A stretch of DNA of 64,000 nucleotides. Origin: Felis catus (Eukaryota). Under the pieces are notes generated by a model. That model ran no database searches. It saw only the letters and a program-made list of their open reading frames with translations, and had not been told where the DNA came from. Both the position numbers and the translations under genes were made by a program. The stretch lies in NCBI RefSeq assembly GCF_018350175.1, contig NC_058368.1:221466001-221530000 (forward strand). The letters are read 5' to 3'. Positions 12,940 through 25,785 of the stretch are shown in pieces. Every line of letters starts with the position of its first letter. Position 1 is the stretch's first letter.

Positions 12940-15383
12940 TGTAATTAACTCCACTGAATTTATTTTTATTCAAAAGTATTTCATCATTGTTTTCTTGGCT
13001 TTATTTTTAAACTAAGCTATTGCACAAACCAGGAAAATATATTCTAAATATTTTTATCATATAATAATACAAACATTTATTTGACATTTTTACCTTATAC
13101 ATTTTAAAGTTTAGAATAAAATATGAGGGATTTTGTTCTTAGATTTAGGAACGGTAACCTAAATATCTTTCTCTCTTGTATATTTGTTGGCAAATGATCT
13201 GTATATCCATCTTAAGATCATATCTCACCAATGACCTTGATGGACAATTCAATTTTATTTGGTGAATGTCAGATCAAGTGCATCAAATATGCCTCAGTGT
13301 ATGTTAGTTTCATTTTCCTGATATATGTTAGGTCTGAGGATCTGTGAGAAAATATTATCATTATGTGATATTCTTGAACTCTAGGCACACCCACAAAATT
13401 ACTCTTCTCAGTTGAGACATGATGAGCTCCTCTTTATGACCAGGCTCAATCCTCCTTCCAAATGGAACAGGTAAAACGAAAGAGAGGAATTGCTCAAGAT
13501 GCAAATTATGCGGACTCCGGTGACCCAGGTGAACCAGACCTTACAAACTGCCTGTCAGGGAGATGTAAATTTCTCAGGAGCAACTAGATCACTTGACTCA
13601 AAGGAAGTTATTGATTTTCCTGCAGTGTCTCCCCTGCAGAAATGAAAGACAAGTTTGTGAGGTAGATACCTTCTAATCTTTGTTCTGTTTAACTGTGTCG
13701 TTTTGCCGATTAATTCTAGAGTTCATATAGCGTACCGACATATTAAAAATGTTTCCACCATTCAAAAAACGGAAACAAACAAAAAAAGGGAGAGAGAGAC
13801 ATTCAGTAAGGTCATAATAGGGAAAATTCCAACATCCTGGTGTCTCCATCTATACTGTAATCGATACACATTAACACAAGCTACATTATGCATATGTAAA
13901 AAACGCTTGCCATCCTAGTGAAAAATGGCACAGCAATTAAAATGTCAAAAGGCTAAGAAGACAGTGTGAGATTAAGCGCAGTTATAATTTTACTTTAAAC
14001 CTTCTCAATTCTCTACTGCTCATTGACATGTCTTTCTTTTTTTTCTAATGATTTTAAATTTTGAAAGTTTTGCAAAATTCAGTCAAAACTTGGTATCCTA
14101 TGTAAAAATTACATACATTGGGGTCACCTTTATTCTTCCACTAAATTATGTGATGGATGTGGTTTTTACATTTTTTTCTTCATGATTTAGATTAAAGGCA
14201 TAAAATAACTCCATTATTTATTTTTCTTCCTTCAACATAGGTAGATGTGACCCCATAAGATAAAGTACTCAAAGCAGGATCCCCTAACATTTATCAGTTT
14301 TTCAAGTTGAATATGCCTTCATAGGCAAATATCATTCAATAATAAAAGTCATGTTCACTCAATTGTATTTGAAAAGTCTCTGTCACTTCCTTCGCCACAC
14401 TTTGTTTCCCCACTAAGGTACAATTTAAATTTACCTTCCTTTTATTAGTTGAACCACTTAAGCTAAGCTTGTTTGATGGCGAACTCTGAGTAAGCCTAGG
14501 TGATGTTATGACAAAGAGGGAGCGTGCCCGTCCACTGAATACGATTGGGAACTAACTCCTGATGAGGCATGTAAGATAAAGAGCACAGTTCTTAGGCCAT
14601 GCGACATAATCTCCACTTTCATTGTTCTTAGTGAATGCATAAGTGAAACCGGGAATTGAATATTTAATGTTATCTTTTTTCCCTTTTTTTTTGTCAGTAA
14701 GTAAAGATACAAACCTGCACCGCTCCACCTCAGGGAACCCCAAGGGGTACATTTGTGCAGGAACTAAACCATCCACATCAAGCGCTGAGGAGGCAGGGTA
14801 ATGAGACCTTGACATGCTACCGGCTGACATATAGGTTTTATTAGATTAAAAGCTCTGAAATGCCCATAAGGCAGAATGACTCGTTGCATATTCTCCAATT
14901 CTAGAAGGCAGAAAAATGTTCTAGTCTATAAAACAAGTGCATGCAGCTCATGTCTGTAAATCTTTCTTTAACCAGTATTACCTTTGTTACCTGCTATTGT
15001 TTGGAACTATAGTTCCTTAAATACATTAATGATGCTTATGTAAATTTCTTATTCAATATCAGCTTCTTTCTGTAAAAGTTTTAACCTTAATTTTAGAGGT
15101 TTTTAAGTGCTTTAAAACATGTTATCTTCAGTGATCTGTTCCCAGACCTGAAACCGGCATAAAATATATTGTTCCAAGAAAATCATTGTTTCCCTAAAAT
15201 ACTAAGGGTTTTTAATTGCTCTTTAATATTGTGATTATATGGTAAAAGATCTATATATCTACTTAAAACTGAATTTCTAACTATGCCTGTTTCCTAATAT
15301 TTTGGATCAAGTTACATTTTTATCTTTTACTTGGGAATTAGGAGTTTTCAGCTCTTCAGTTATATAGTGGCCCTCTTTATGCT

Positions 15384-16100
15384 TGTGGTAATCAATAATC
15401 TGACCTAGCCCCCAAGATTTCCCTCCCACTGTGGTACACTTCTTGCATAACCCTGGGGACTGTGACTATGACAGATTTACCCCCCTGATATGGCAAAATT
15501 GACCTTATAATAGGATGTGATTTAATCACGGAAGCCCTTTAAAAGCAGAGAGTGTCTCCGGTTGGGAGCAAAAGGGGAATCAGAGAGACTTGATGTGTGG
15601 TAAAGGTTCAATGTGAGAAAAGTTCTTTATTGTTGAGATGAGGGGGTGGTAGGGAACACATGGTAAATTTCTGAAACCAGATTCTAGAAGCTGTCAGTCC
15701 AGTTGACAGTTAGCAAGACAATGGGGAACTCAGTCCTACACCCACAAGAAAATGAATTCTGCCACCAGCCTGAGAAGAAGCAGATCTTTCCCTAGTCAAG
15801 CCTCCAGGTGATGATGTAGTTGGCCAACACTGATTTCAGCATTATGAGATCCTGAAGGGAAGACCTAGTTAAATGTACCAGACTCCTGACTAAGAAAAAT
15901 GGTCTGGTTGCAAATTTGTGTTGTTTTATGGAGCGTCTGAGTAACTCAGTCGGTTTATTGTCTGACTCTTGATTTTGGCTCAGGTCATGATCTCAAGGTT
16001 GTGGGATCGAGACCCACGTTGGGTTTCCCGCTGAGCATAGAGCGTGGAGCCCGCTTGGGATTCTCTCTTTCCTTTGCTCTCTGCCCCTCCCACTGCTCAT

Positions 16101-16145
<45 letters not shown>

Positions 16146-16254
16146 ATAAATAAATACACACTTAAAAATAAATTAATAAATAAAAGTAAATCTGTGTTGT
16201 TTTAAGTGGCTCCATTCATGGCAATGTTTTATATAACAATAGACAAATAATGCA
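15384..16254 (+). mobile_element. MLT1 (E/F-like) solo LTR interrupted by a SINE
   Basis: tgtggta start, gcccccaagatttcc, cagtccta...aagaaaatgaattctgcca, 3' gttgttttaag...aataatgca. Confidence 0.8.
15929..16185 (+). mobile_element. Older Can-SINE inside MLT1
   Basis: tRNA-like head, (CT)n, A tail; TSD g(c/t)aaat(t/c)tgtgttgtttta. Confidence 0.93.
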
Positions 16255-16339
16255 ATGTTATATAGATTGAGGAAGTTCTGTGAGGGGCTCTATTTCTTGA
16301 ATTTTCTAAGCCATTTTTTAAATGAAAAATATCATTTAA

Positions 16340-16545
16340 AATATATTGAGCATTTACTCTGTGCCAGGCACTATGTCCCTATTTGTAATGGACATTCTGA
16401 TTTGGTCTTTACAGCTGCAGTGGGAGATGGCTCTACTATAACTCCCACTGTACAGATGAAGAAGTGGAGGCTTGGAGGGTTTAAGTGATTTTCTGAAGGT
16501 CAGAATGGATACTAAGTGGCAAATCCAGAATGTAAAACTAAGCAG
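16340..16545 (-). mobile_element. MIR
   Basis: tattgagcatttactctgtgccaggcact...tacagatgaagaagtggaggc...ttaagtgattttctgaaggtca. Confidence 0.85.
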
Positions 16546-16664
16546 TTTGATGGCAGAATGCACATAATTACCTCTCCCTTCAGGGCTTCATAGAACCTTA
16601 GAGCCCAGAGCACCAGTTACATATTCTAATAGGAAAACAAGCAGCGGAACCTGTGATCGGAATA

Positions 16665-16782
16665 AGAACATCACCTCTTGTTGGAGATGCAGAATTTCAA
16701 ACCTAAACCCAGACCTTCTAAATCAGCATCTTCACTTTGTCAAGAATTGTAGGTGACTCATCTGCACATTAAATTTAAAGGT
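16665..16782. mobile_element. MER5-like hAT DNA transposon relic
   Basis: gatgcagaatttc...cccagaccttctaaatcagcatct...aggtgactcatctgcacattaaattt. Confidence 0.5.
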
Positions 16783-16915
16783 GAATATGAGTTCCCTGTT
16801 TGACATTATGGCCCTAGGTGAGATACTTCATCCTGACATCCATATTGTTTCACATTTCTATAAAACAGAGATAGACTAATTTTTTTTTTTTTTTTTAGAA
16901 TTGAATTATACTGAT

Positions 16916-17064
16916 GGGGCTCCTGGGTATCTCGGTCTGTTGACCGTCTGACTCTTGATTCCTGCTCAGGTCGTGATCTCAAGGTCATGGGATCCAAGCC
17001 CACATTGAGCTCCACACTGAGCCTGCTTGGGATTTTGTCTCTCCCTCTCTCTGCCCCTTTCCCA

Positions 17065-17121
<57 letters not shown>

Positions 17122-17138
17122 AAACATTTTTTTAAAAA
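16916..17138 (+). mobile_element. Can-SINE
   Basis: Full body with long (CT)n; TSD gaattat(a/g)ctga. Confidence 0.93.
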
Positions 17139-17985
17139 GAATTATGCTGAAATGTCCAGCATATTATCTGCCACATAATAGGTAATTAACAAACCAGAGA
17201 TATTTTAAATTTTTCAATAATGGAGGTAAACAAGGGAGGGTAGGCCTGAAAACTTCTTAGTGTGTTCTCTCTGGAGCCCAGCAGTGAATCCATGAGCCAT
17301 AGTTCTGCCTACCATAGGGATCGAATCGCCTAGAAGGGTCAGGCAAGACAGGAACTCCAGAAAGAGATATGAAACCTTGCAATCCTGATAGCCCACGCAT
17401 TAGTGTTCTTATGGAATAATAACATGGAGGTGTCTGTGTCCTTGATTCTCTTTCTGAGGATGGAGTCACACTGACAAAATGAAATATTGTGCTCTTTTCC
17501 CAAAAATGCAAGAGCGATCTCTGTGTACTTTTATAACCTTTTTGTATCATAACTATATGTTTGCAAAAGTTGAGACTATCAGATCTGGTGCCATATAAAC
17601 TGGAAACACATTATTTTTCAAGTCTTTTTATGTGGCTAAAAATATACAACAAAATCCTAATAATTAAATATATCGACTTCAACTGTTTTCACTTACACTC
17701 CATTAAAAGCTGTTGTTCCTTTATTTTTTAAATTAAATCATAGTCTCTCTGCATATTTAATCTTCACTCTTGGAATGGTTTCTGAAGGGAAAATTACTTT
17801 TAAAATTGTTTTCTCTACAATTAGGAAAATTAGAATCTACTAATGTTATGTATTTTAGCTAAGGTCTAACAAGCTTTTAATTTGGGAATTACTTGTTTCA
17901 CTGCTTGGAAATCAAAATTATTGGCGGTGGAAAAAAGCAAAACCAAACAAAGGGCTAACCCTTTCTTTGATGTAAACTTTGGAGA

Positions 17986-18206
17986 GGGGCACCTGCGTGC
18001 CTCAGTTGGTTAATTAGCATCCGACTCTTGACTTCAGCTCATGTCATGATCTCCTGGTTCCTGAGATAGAGCTCCGTGTTGAACCCTGTGTCAGGCTCTG
18101 CACTGACAATAACACGGAGACTGCTTGGGATTCTTTCTCTCCCTCTCTGTCTCTGCTCTCTGTCTCTGTCTCTGTCTCTCTCAAAATAAATAAATAAACT
18201 TAAAAA
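17986..18206 (+). mobile_element. Can-SINE
   Basis: ggggcacctg head to A tail; TSD aaacttt..ggaga. Confidence 0.93.
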
Positions 18207-18279
18207 AAACTTTAGGGAGAAAAGATTTTAGCTCAATACAAAAACTGCTAAGATGGTTAAAACCCACGGAATAGTTTCT

Positions 18280-18283
<4 letters not shown>

Positions 18284-18332
<49 letters not shown>
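18284..18332. repeat. (TA)n microsatellite
   Basis: Direct reading. Confidence 0.95.
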
Positions 18333-18335
<3 letters not shown>

Positions 18336-18479
18336 GATGCTCTAAGCCATTATTTACCAAAGTGAATTCCTTGACTTAATAATGTCTCTTATTATTGCTT
18401 CTTATCCCTTTTGTCAGTGGATCCAGGATCTTAAATTTATTTTACTTTCCTTCAACAGATTTCCTTCCATCAATTTAGA

Positions 18480-18700
18480 GACAGTACAGTGTTCATGAAC
18501 AGGGTTTGGTATCTGACTACATATATTTGAAACCAGAAAGGCTGTGTGACCTCTGGCAAGTCATGTAACCTATCTGTGCCTTGGTTTCCACATAAGTAAC
18601 ATGTGTATGTGTATGTATAGATTCATATGGTAGGAATCAATACTAAATGGATTAGTTCTCATAAGGCACTAAAATACAGTAAGTGCTAAACACACATTAA
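18480..18700 (+). mobile_element. MIR
   Basis: gctgtgtgacctctggcaagtcatgtaacctatctgtgccttggtttcc. Confidence 0.75.
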
Positions 18701-18767
18701 GTACTTATGTGAAGTGTTAAAAAAATCACATTTCCTTACTAGAGAACTTCATTCTTTGAGCCTAAAC

Positions 18768-18998
18768 CAGGCCCACCCTGTATGGTTGTTCTGTGTGTGC
18801 ATTGCACGCTGGCATCTTGTGGAAGGAGCCTTCAAGGTTAAAATGCCATATCTGCTTCTATCACCAAGCCACATGCTCTTGAGCTAGAGCCTACCAAAGC
18901 TGGTCTGTTTTTCTGACTTGACTATGTAGAGGGTACCACTTTTTTGCTACCCAAGGAACTAGCAAATGTGCAACTCTCTTAGATCTAACTAGGCACTG
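18768..18998. mobile_element. Possible MER91-like hAT/Tip100 relic
   Basis: caggccc...ggttgttctgtgtgtgcattgcac start and ...ggcactg end. Confidence 0.35.
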
Positions 18999-19633
18999 CT
19001 CCATCTGCCTTGTAACCCTTATGCCTGGAAAGGTTTTTATCTGTAATTTAGTAAACAAAAAAGACTAATTCAGTTTGTCTTGGCCATGCCACACCTAGAA
19101 GAGATTTTATTTTTCTTAAGTTCTTAAAAAATTACAGTTGCCTCTGATAACTAATAGCAAACATAGCAATACATAAATTAAATGATATACTCATATATTT
19201 AAGTTATGCTTGTTATGCATATGAACAGCTATTGAGTACTAAATGCATAGTATGGTGGGATGAACAATCATAAGGATGTGATATTATGTACTTGACTCTG
19301 AAGGGCTTACTTTCTTTTCAGAAGGCAAGACTGATATGTGTAAAATAGTAAAACAAATGAGTTTTAAAATATGTAGTATATATTACCTAACTTTGTGAGT
19401 AATTAATTGTATTTGTCAGGTAAGAAAGCCAGAGTAGACAGGGAAGTTAAGCATATCACAAAAGAATGGAGAGAACTGATTAAAAAAAATTTACAAACAG
19501 AAATAAGCAGATATAAAGAGATAAAGATATCTCTAAGGTTTTAAGTCAAGGGTCATTGGTGTGTTTGCGTGTATGTGTTGCATGTATTTCAAGGAAGGAT
19601 TTATTGAAAAATGAATTTATAAATGAATTATTT

Positions 19634-19840
19634 GTTTAATGTTTATTTATTTTTGAGAGAAAGAGACACAGAGAGCAAGTGAGGGAGAAGCAGAGAGAGA
19701 GGGAGACACAGAATCCGAAGCAGGCTCCAGGCTCTGAGCTGTCGGCACAGAGCCCGACACGGGCCTCGAACTTAAGAACCATGAGCGCATGACCTGAGCC
19801 ACAGTTGGACACTTAACCAGCTGAGCCACCCAAGGATCCC
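19634..19840 (-). mobile_element. Can-SINE
   Basis: Full body; TSD tataaat(g/a)aattattt at 19618 and 19841. Confidence 0.95.
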
Positions 19841-20225
19841 TATAAATAAATTATTTAAAAATTAATAAAAGTGGTTTTGTTTACTTACTGACTTACAGTC
19901 TATTGAGTTTGGAGATCATCAAATCAGATGTGTGGTAGCTTTGAACACTCTACTGAAAGTCAAGTCAGAGAGTTTCCTAGAAGTCACAAGGCAGAATGAA
20001 ACAGAACTAGACAGTCATGGAGAACATTGCTTATTTTGAGTTAGCTGAATGATTGTATAATGTGAGATTTTTTTTTCAAATTCTTATTAATGATGGCTTG
20101 AAGGCACATGAAATAAATATGGCAAAGCATTATGGTAGAGACCATGGCAGGACTTTAAAAAGGAGACATCCTGTACTATGGCACAGCGTACTATATAACA
20201 GAGTATGCAGTTTGAAATCAGACAT

Positions 20226-20706
20226 TGCGCTGGGTTGAATTTTGTCACCTCAAAAGGTATGTTCATGTCCTACTCCCTAATGCCTGTGAGGGTGAACTTA
20301 CTTGGAAATAAGGTATTTGCAGATATAATCAAGTTACCATAAGGTCATAATGGATTAGGGGGAGCCCTCAATCTGATACTTAGTGTCTTTAAAAAATAAA
20401 AGAGAAGCACATTTGGATACAGAGACACGATGGAGCCACAGTAGGAAGAAGGCCATGTGATGACAGGTTAGGTATTGGAGTGACGTAGCTATAAACCCAG
20501 GAACACCAAGAATTGCTGGTAATCACCAGAAGCTAGGAGAAAGATATGAAACAGACTTTCCTTTAAGAGCCTCCAGAAGAAGCCAACTTTGCTGACACCT
20601 TGATTTTAGCCTTCTGGCTTACTCAACTGTGAGAAAATATATTTCTGTTATTGAAAGCCACCAAATTTGTGGCAATTTGTTATGGCAGTTCGAGGAAACT
20701 AATACA
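20226..20706 (+). mobile_element. MLT1 (C-like) solo LTR
   Basis: TG...CA termini, typical MLT1 motifs, perfect 5-bp TSD gacat (20221, 20707). Confidence 0.9.
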
Positions 20707-20789
20707 GACATCCTCAAATGCGTTTCTATCACTGCTATATAGTAATAGTCATTTTCAAAATGTTAGTACTATGGTGCTAATTACTTTGC

Positions 20790-20878
20790 CAAATCAACAC
20801 ACCGTACACCTTACACTTACACAATATTATGTGTCAATTATACTTCAATAAAGCTGGAGAAAATTAAAATAAATAAAA
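20790..20878 (+). mobile_element. Short L1 3' end
   Basis: gtacaccttacacttacacaatattatgtgtcaattatacttcaataaagctgga plus A-rich tail. Confidence 0.75.
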
Positions 20879-21666
20879 GTAAGTGAAAATGAACCAAAAT
20901 CAATATAATTTCAGTGAAAGAATATAGACAGTGGTTATATATAGGGCACAAAAGCCGTGAGCTTTAAATGAGACAATGTAAGTAAAGAACTTAAAGTGAT
21001 GTCTGAAATATAGAAAATGCTTAATAAATCATAGTTTTTAGTTATAGAAGTAGCAGTAGTGACGGATGAGGCTCAAAGGTGTAGGCAGTTGACATAACAA
21101 AATCCATGCAACCATCCGCTTCCAGCCACAAGACAAGTATTTAGTACTTGCTAGATTTGTAGGTGGTGGTGATGAAAAGGGAGCTGTATAGAAACAAAAC
21201 CCCAGAGGAGCTGATGTACCAGTTAGGAAATGAAAGAACAGAGAAAAAGAACATGATTTGTGGATTTGAGGGTAGAAATTGGGGGGATAAGACAGCCAGG
21301 ATGGAAAACCAGAAATCATGTATCTCTAAGATTGAACCAGGGATTATCCTTATTCCTGCCTGATAGATGCTATTCATAATAATCACTAAAAAGGATTAGG
21401 CACTTTTTATTAACAACGAATTCCTGTTCCTAGTGATTTCTATTATTTTGTTCTTGATAGGGCAAATCCTGGTGATCGTATTTCCGCCATTCTGCTTGAT
21501 AGGGCAGATCTGACTTGTGAAAATCTACCTCATTAACAGTTTACCTTGGATTTTCACATTGAGTGGAGGACAGGTGAAGAGAAAACAAACATCATCAACA
21601 GGGAACCAGAAAATATTATCACTGGGATGAAAAGTTGTTGACACATGCCTAACCTGCAACTTGAGA

Positions 21667-21699
<33 letters not shown>

Positions 21700-22319
21700 A
21701 TTGCTCATAAAATAGCAGTGGTTCACTAAGAAAATGGCCCTGGAATGAAATTTGACTGAAAGATCTTTTTGGAATAAAAATAGGGTACAAAATAATGAAC
21801 AATAATGGGTATGGGAATAAGATATTACCTAATTTTGACAATAAATGAATTTCTGGGAAACTAAGACTTGGATACAGGAAGTTAACTTTTCATAAGAACA
21901 CATTTGGAGAAATAATATTGTAAAAATGTATCTCTAGATACATTTATTATACATACCCATTTGCAGTTAAACATTATTTCTGGACCTCCCTGAGGTTATG
22001 GCTGAGCTAGCTTTATTTCATATGGTCATGGCTTGTTTATGTGTGTGTGTAAATAGAAAATTCACAGCCTCCCAGGAGGTTGTTGTTTTCAAGTGATCCA
22101 AAGTAGATGATCTAACTATTCAAGGAAGGACCCATATCAGCACTGCTTTACTATAAGAGCAAAACCACAAATCTTCCCACTTTGAATATATAATTAGCTT
22201 TTAGCTATATAAAGAAATCTTAAAATCAAACTATGAACTTAGGGGCATTTTCAACATAACATAACATTTTGTTATCCAATGACTGTGACTATGCCTTCTT
22301 TTTTAAAACAATTATACAA

Positions 22320-22530
22320 GGGGTGCCTCGGTGCCTCAGTCAGTTAAGCGTTCGACTTCGGCTCAGGTCATGATCTTGCAGTTTGTGAGTTCGAGTCCCA
22401 CGTCGGGCTCTGGGCTGACAGCTCAGAGCCTGGAGCCTGCTTTGGATTCTGTGTCTCCTTTTCTCCATGCCCCTCCCCCACTCGCACTGTCTCTATCCCT
22501 TTCAAAAATAAATAATAAACATTAAAATTT
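22320..22530 (+). mobile_element. Can-SINE
   Basis: Full body; TSD aaacaattataca. Confidence 0.95.
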
Positions 22531-23933
22531 TTTAAACAATTATACACAATATGTACTCATTTTGTAAACTCTCTAAGTCCTTTATTCAAGCTGTTGTTAA
22601 ACTGTATGAAAAGTTGAAAATATAACACTGATTGATATAAGGGAAAACATTAAAATACCTATCACAAGAATGCTTTTCTGGATTTATCAATAGTAGATGA
22701 ACATTTTTAAGGTGATGTTATATCCCTATTTAATATAAGGCACATCATATGTATTTCATTTACATTGCTGCAAGATTAAAAACTTAAATATATCATAAAC
22801 AGGTTATAATGGCCACTAGGAGTATGTTTTTGGGTTGCTGCCTACTTCATTAACAAATATTGATTGGAATTCTAGTGTTAAAAATATACTGAGAGCTTTG
22901 CATGTCATTTATAAGTGTTTGCAGTCACTAGAATCATATTTGAGTCTGCCTGTATAATTCAGGCACATTTTCATGTTTGAAAAATGTATAAATGGTAAGA
23001 GGGTTTTTAAATTTTTTTGTTTTGTTTTGTTTGTATGATGAAAGGAGGTTGGCAATCACTGTGTATCTATTGAAAGGCACTGAATTGGAATATATTCAGA
23101 TTGAATTTCTGAGCTATGTTGTGCTTCAGAAATTTTATACTTATAGTCTCAACTCTTAGATCTTCTCCTTCCTTGCTCATCTGAGTTTGATAAGTAATTC
23201 CTTCAAATCAGTTGCTTCATTCTGTCAAAAATTTTATTTCATCCCATTGTATCCCTACTATGTGACTGCCTTGACACTGTGGTGATTCAACAAAGTATTT
23301 TCTGCTGTCATTTATACTATTTTAGAAGTGAAATACGCACAGAATATTTTCATGTTCATTTTACCATTAGGCCCCATTCCCATCTCCTTCCTTTGTCTCT
23401 ATCCCTGTGCCTCCTGAGTGGTTTTAGAAATGCATACACAAGTGTATTTATTTTTAGGAAGAGTTAGAGAATAAGGATTTATAACAACACATCATGGGCA
23501 AAAGCATCACAATGGGAATAACTAATTTAGAGTTTTACTTGTTTATAGTCGGTGTGAATTTGTTCAGTACCTGTCAGAATCAAGGTGATAGTCTAGGTCT
23601 CCATCACTTATAGTATTTTAGTAAACAGTTTCAAACCTCCTTCATGAAATAAGCTGAATAATATCATGGAAACAACAGAGACCTCCTGAGAGGACAACGT
23701 GATATCATCATAGCTCTGTAATAACTAGTTTATGGCCTTGGGTAAATTTTAATATCTTAATTGTGTATACTATATGTGTATATTTACACATATGTATACA
23801 TAATTTTACTTAATTGTGTATATATGATTTTTAATATATTATTTTACCAAAAACAGTGTTAGCCATTTTCTCACAAAGGGTGACTCTTTTGACGTGGGAT
23901 TGAAGAAAACTGAATTTAAGTTACCATGTTCCT

Positions 23934-24078
23934 GGGGTGCCTGGCTGGCTCAGTCAGTAGAGCGTGGGACTCTTGATCTCAGGGTTGTGAATTTGAGCCC
24001 CATGTTGTATGTAGAGATTATGTAAAATAATAATGATGATAATAATAATAATAATAATATTAATAATAATTAAAAAAA
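23934..24078 (+). mobile_element. Short tRNA-Lys-like carnivore SINE lacking the (CT)n region, (AAT)n tail
   Basis: ggggtgcctggctggctcagtcagtagagcgtgggactcttgatctcagggttgtg...gtagagatta; TSD taagtta(cc)atgttcc. Confidence 0.9.
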
Positions 24079-24594
24079 TAAGTTATGTTCCCAGAGTCCC
24101 TCAACTCTTTAGGTAAGGAATTTGAAGCTTAGAGTTTTAGCTTCTTCCTCTACGCTTCAAGCTAGCTATAGGATTTTAGTCCTTTTTCTAGAATATAAAC
24201 ATAGTGTTCCTACCTGGAAATTCAGTTAAATTTTATAAGATTTCCATAATCTGGTTTGATTTGAAAAAATATATAGTTTATTTGACCAGCTACTATTGAA
24301 AAATTACCTAAGTTGTAAATTTCATGAAATCTGAATAATGCAATAATTTCAATTGACACTCAATGCATACATAATAAGAAAAGTAAAAAAAAATGATTAC
24401 CATCTGAATTAAGGTGATTTGAATAAAAAGGATTACCATTTGAATAAGGTAATACCTGTTTCTAATTTTATATTTTACTTTGTAAAAATGTCCAAAATTA
24501 TAGCTTAAAGTGTGAAAAGGTTGCCATTTTTTAAAATTGGAGAATAGTAGTAAGGGCTGTCCCAGGACAGAACAATCAGTAGTCTTTAATGATC

Positions 24595-24788
24595 AGAGTG
24601 CCTGGATGGCGTCTGACTTCTCAGGTCATGATCTTGAGGTTTGTAAGATCATGCTCTATGTGGCGCTCTGTGCTGAAGGCCCAGAGCCTTGAACCCCTGC
24701 CTCGGATTCCATGTCTCCATCTCTCTCTCTGCCCCTCCCCAGTCTGTGCTCTCAGTCTTATAAAAATAAATAAACTTTTTTTTTTTAA
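24595..24788 (+). mobile_element. Can-SINE with deletions in head
   Basis: SINE body; TSD agtcttta(a/c)tgatc. Confidence 0.9.
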
Positions 24789-24864
24789 AGAAGTCTTTAC
24801 TGATCTTTCATCATGTTGGGATGCATACAACAATAACAAAAAAAAAAAAAAAGGAAGGAAAAAA

Positions 24865-25530
24865 GTCTGATTTTAAGGAGCTTGCATTCCAGCAAGGGAG
24901 AGAATTCTTAGGAAGGAAAATAGATCCGATATGATAGTAAGTACTGATAACAAAATGAAAACTAGAACAAGATGAGTGACAGGCTCTTTGAAGAGGGTAT
25001 TTGAGGAGAAACCTTAATAAACTGATTTGAAAGAGGGTTTTTGGGAGGGTTGTTTTCTTTTCCTTTTTTTTTTTTTTTGTTTTTTTGGCAGAGGGCAGAA
25101 AAAAGTCACTGTCATGAGGCAGGAAGAGCCTGACCTGTTAAAGAAATAGGAAGAAGGTCAGCAGAACTGGAGCACAGGAGGGAATTCAATTCAGAGACAC
25201 AGGCACAACCTGGATCTTATACTCCTTTAGCTACCATGAAAAATTCCTGAATCTCTCATTACAAGTGTGAAAGGATGCTAATGGGGGGAGGCAAGCAGGG
25301 AGGACATAATCTGATTTACGTTTTTAAATAATTACTGGCTGTGGTTGGAAGAAATTATTTTAAGGAGCAAGAGCAGTTGACAATTTAGGAAACCTCTGTA
25401 GTAATTCAAGTGACAGAGGGTGGTGGCCTGCCCTAAGGTGGGTCCTAATGTGCAATGTGGGATGGGATGAGAGGCTGTCCCATATGTTTATAAGGGAAAG
25501 TCAACAGTTTGCCGATTCTTAGATTAGAAA
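24865..25530 (-). mobile_element. L2 fragment
   Basis: ggagcttgcattccag...gaggcaggaagagcctgacctgtt...tctgatttacgtttttaaa. Confidence 0.6.
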
Positions 25531-25663
25531 TAATGCACGAGTTCTATAAATTTTAAGGAAATAGAGAAGAAACCTCAGTATTTGTTCAACAGCTTGTGGT
25601 CATGACCTGGAAGAAAGAAATAAAATGGTGGCACAGTAGTGAGTGGATAATTGGAAGTGTATA

Positions 25664-25665
<2 letters not shown>

Positions 25666-25704
<39 letters not shown>

Positions 25705-25716
25705 ATATGTATATGT

Positions 25717-25777
<61 letters not shown>

Positions 25778-25785
25778 TATATATG
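25666..25785. repeat. Compound (TG)n-(TA/TATATG)n-(CA)n microsatellite
   Basis: Direct reading. Confidence 0.95.

Noticed and set aside
11290..14350. Isolated + strand splice-like signals (ATG|GTGAGT near 11296, CAG|GTAAAA near 13470, acceptor near 14240, AATAAA at 14341)
   Set aside because: Expected by chance; a lncRNA cannot be supported without transcript data.
14552..14830. 92-aa minus ORF with possible donor CAG|GTTTGT near 14713
   Set aside because: No homology I recognise, weak donor, low-complexity tail; would need BLASTX or RNA-seq.
19647..19829. Recurring MAQ(S/L)VK...SLEPASDSVSP ORFs here and elsewhere
   Set aside because: Translations of Can-SINE sequence, not a gene family.
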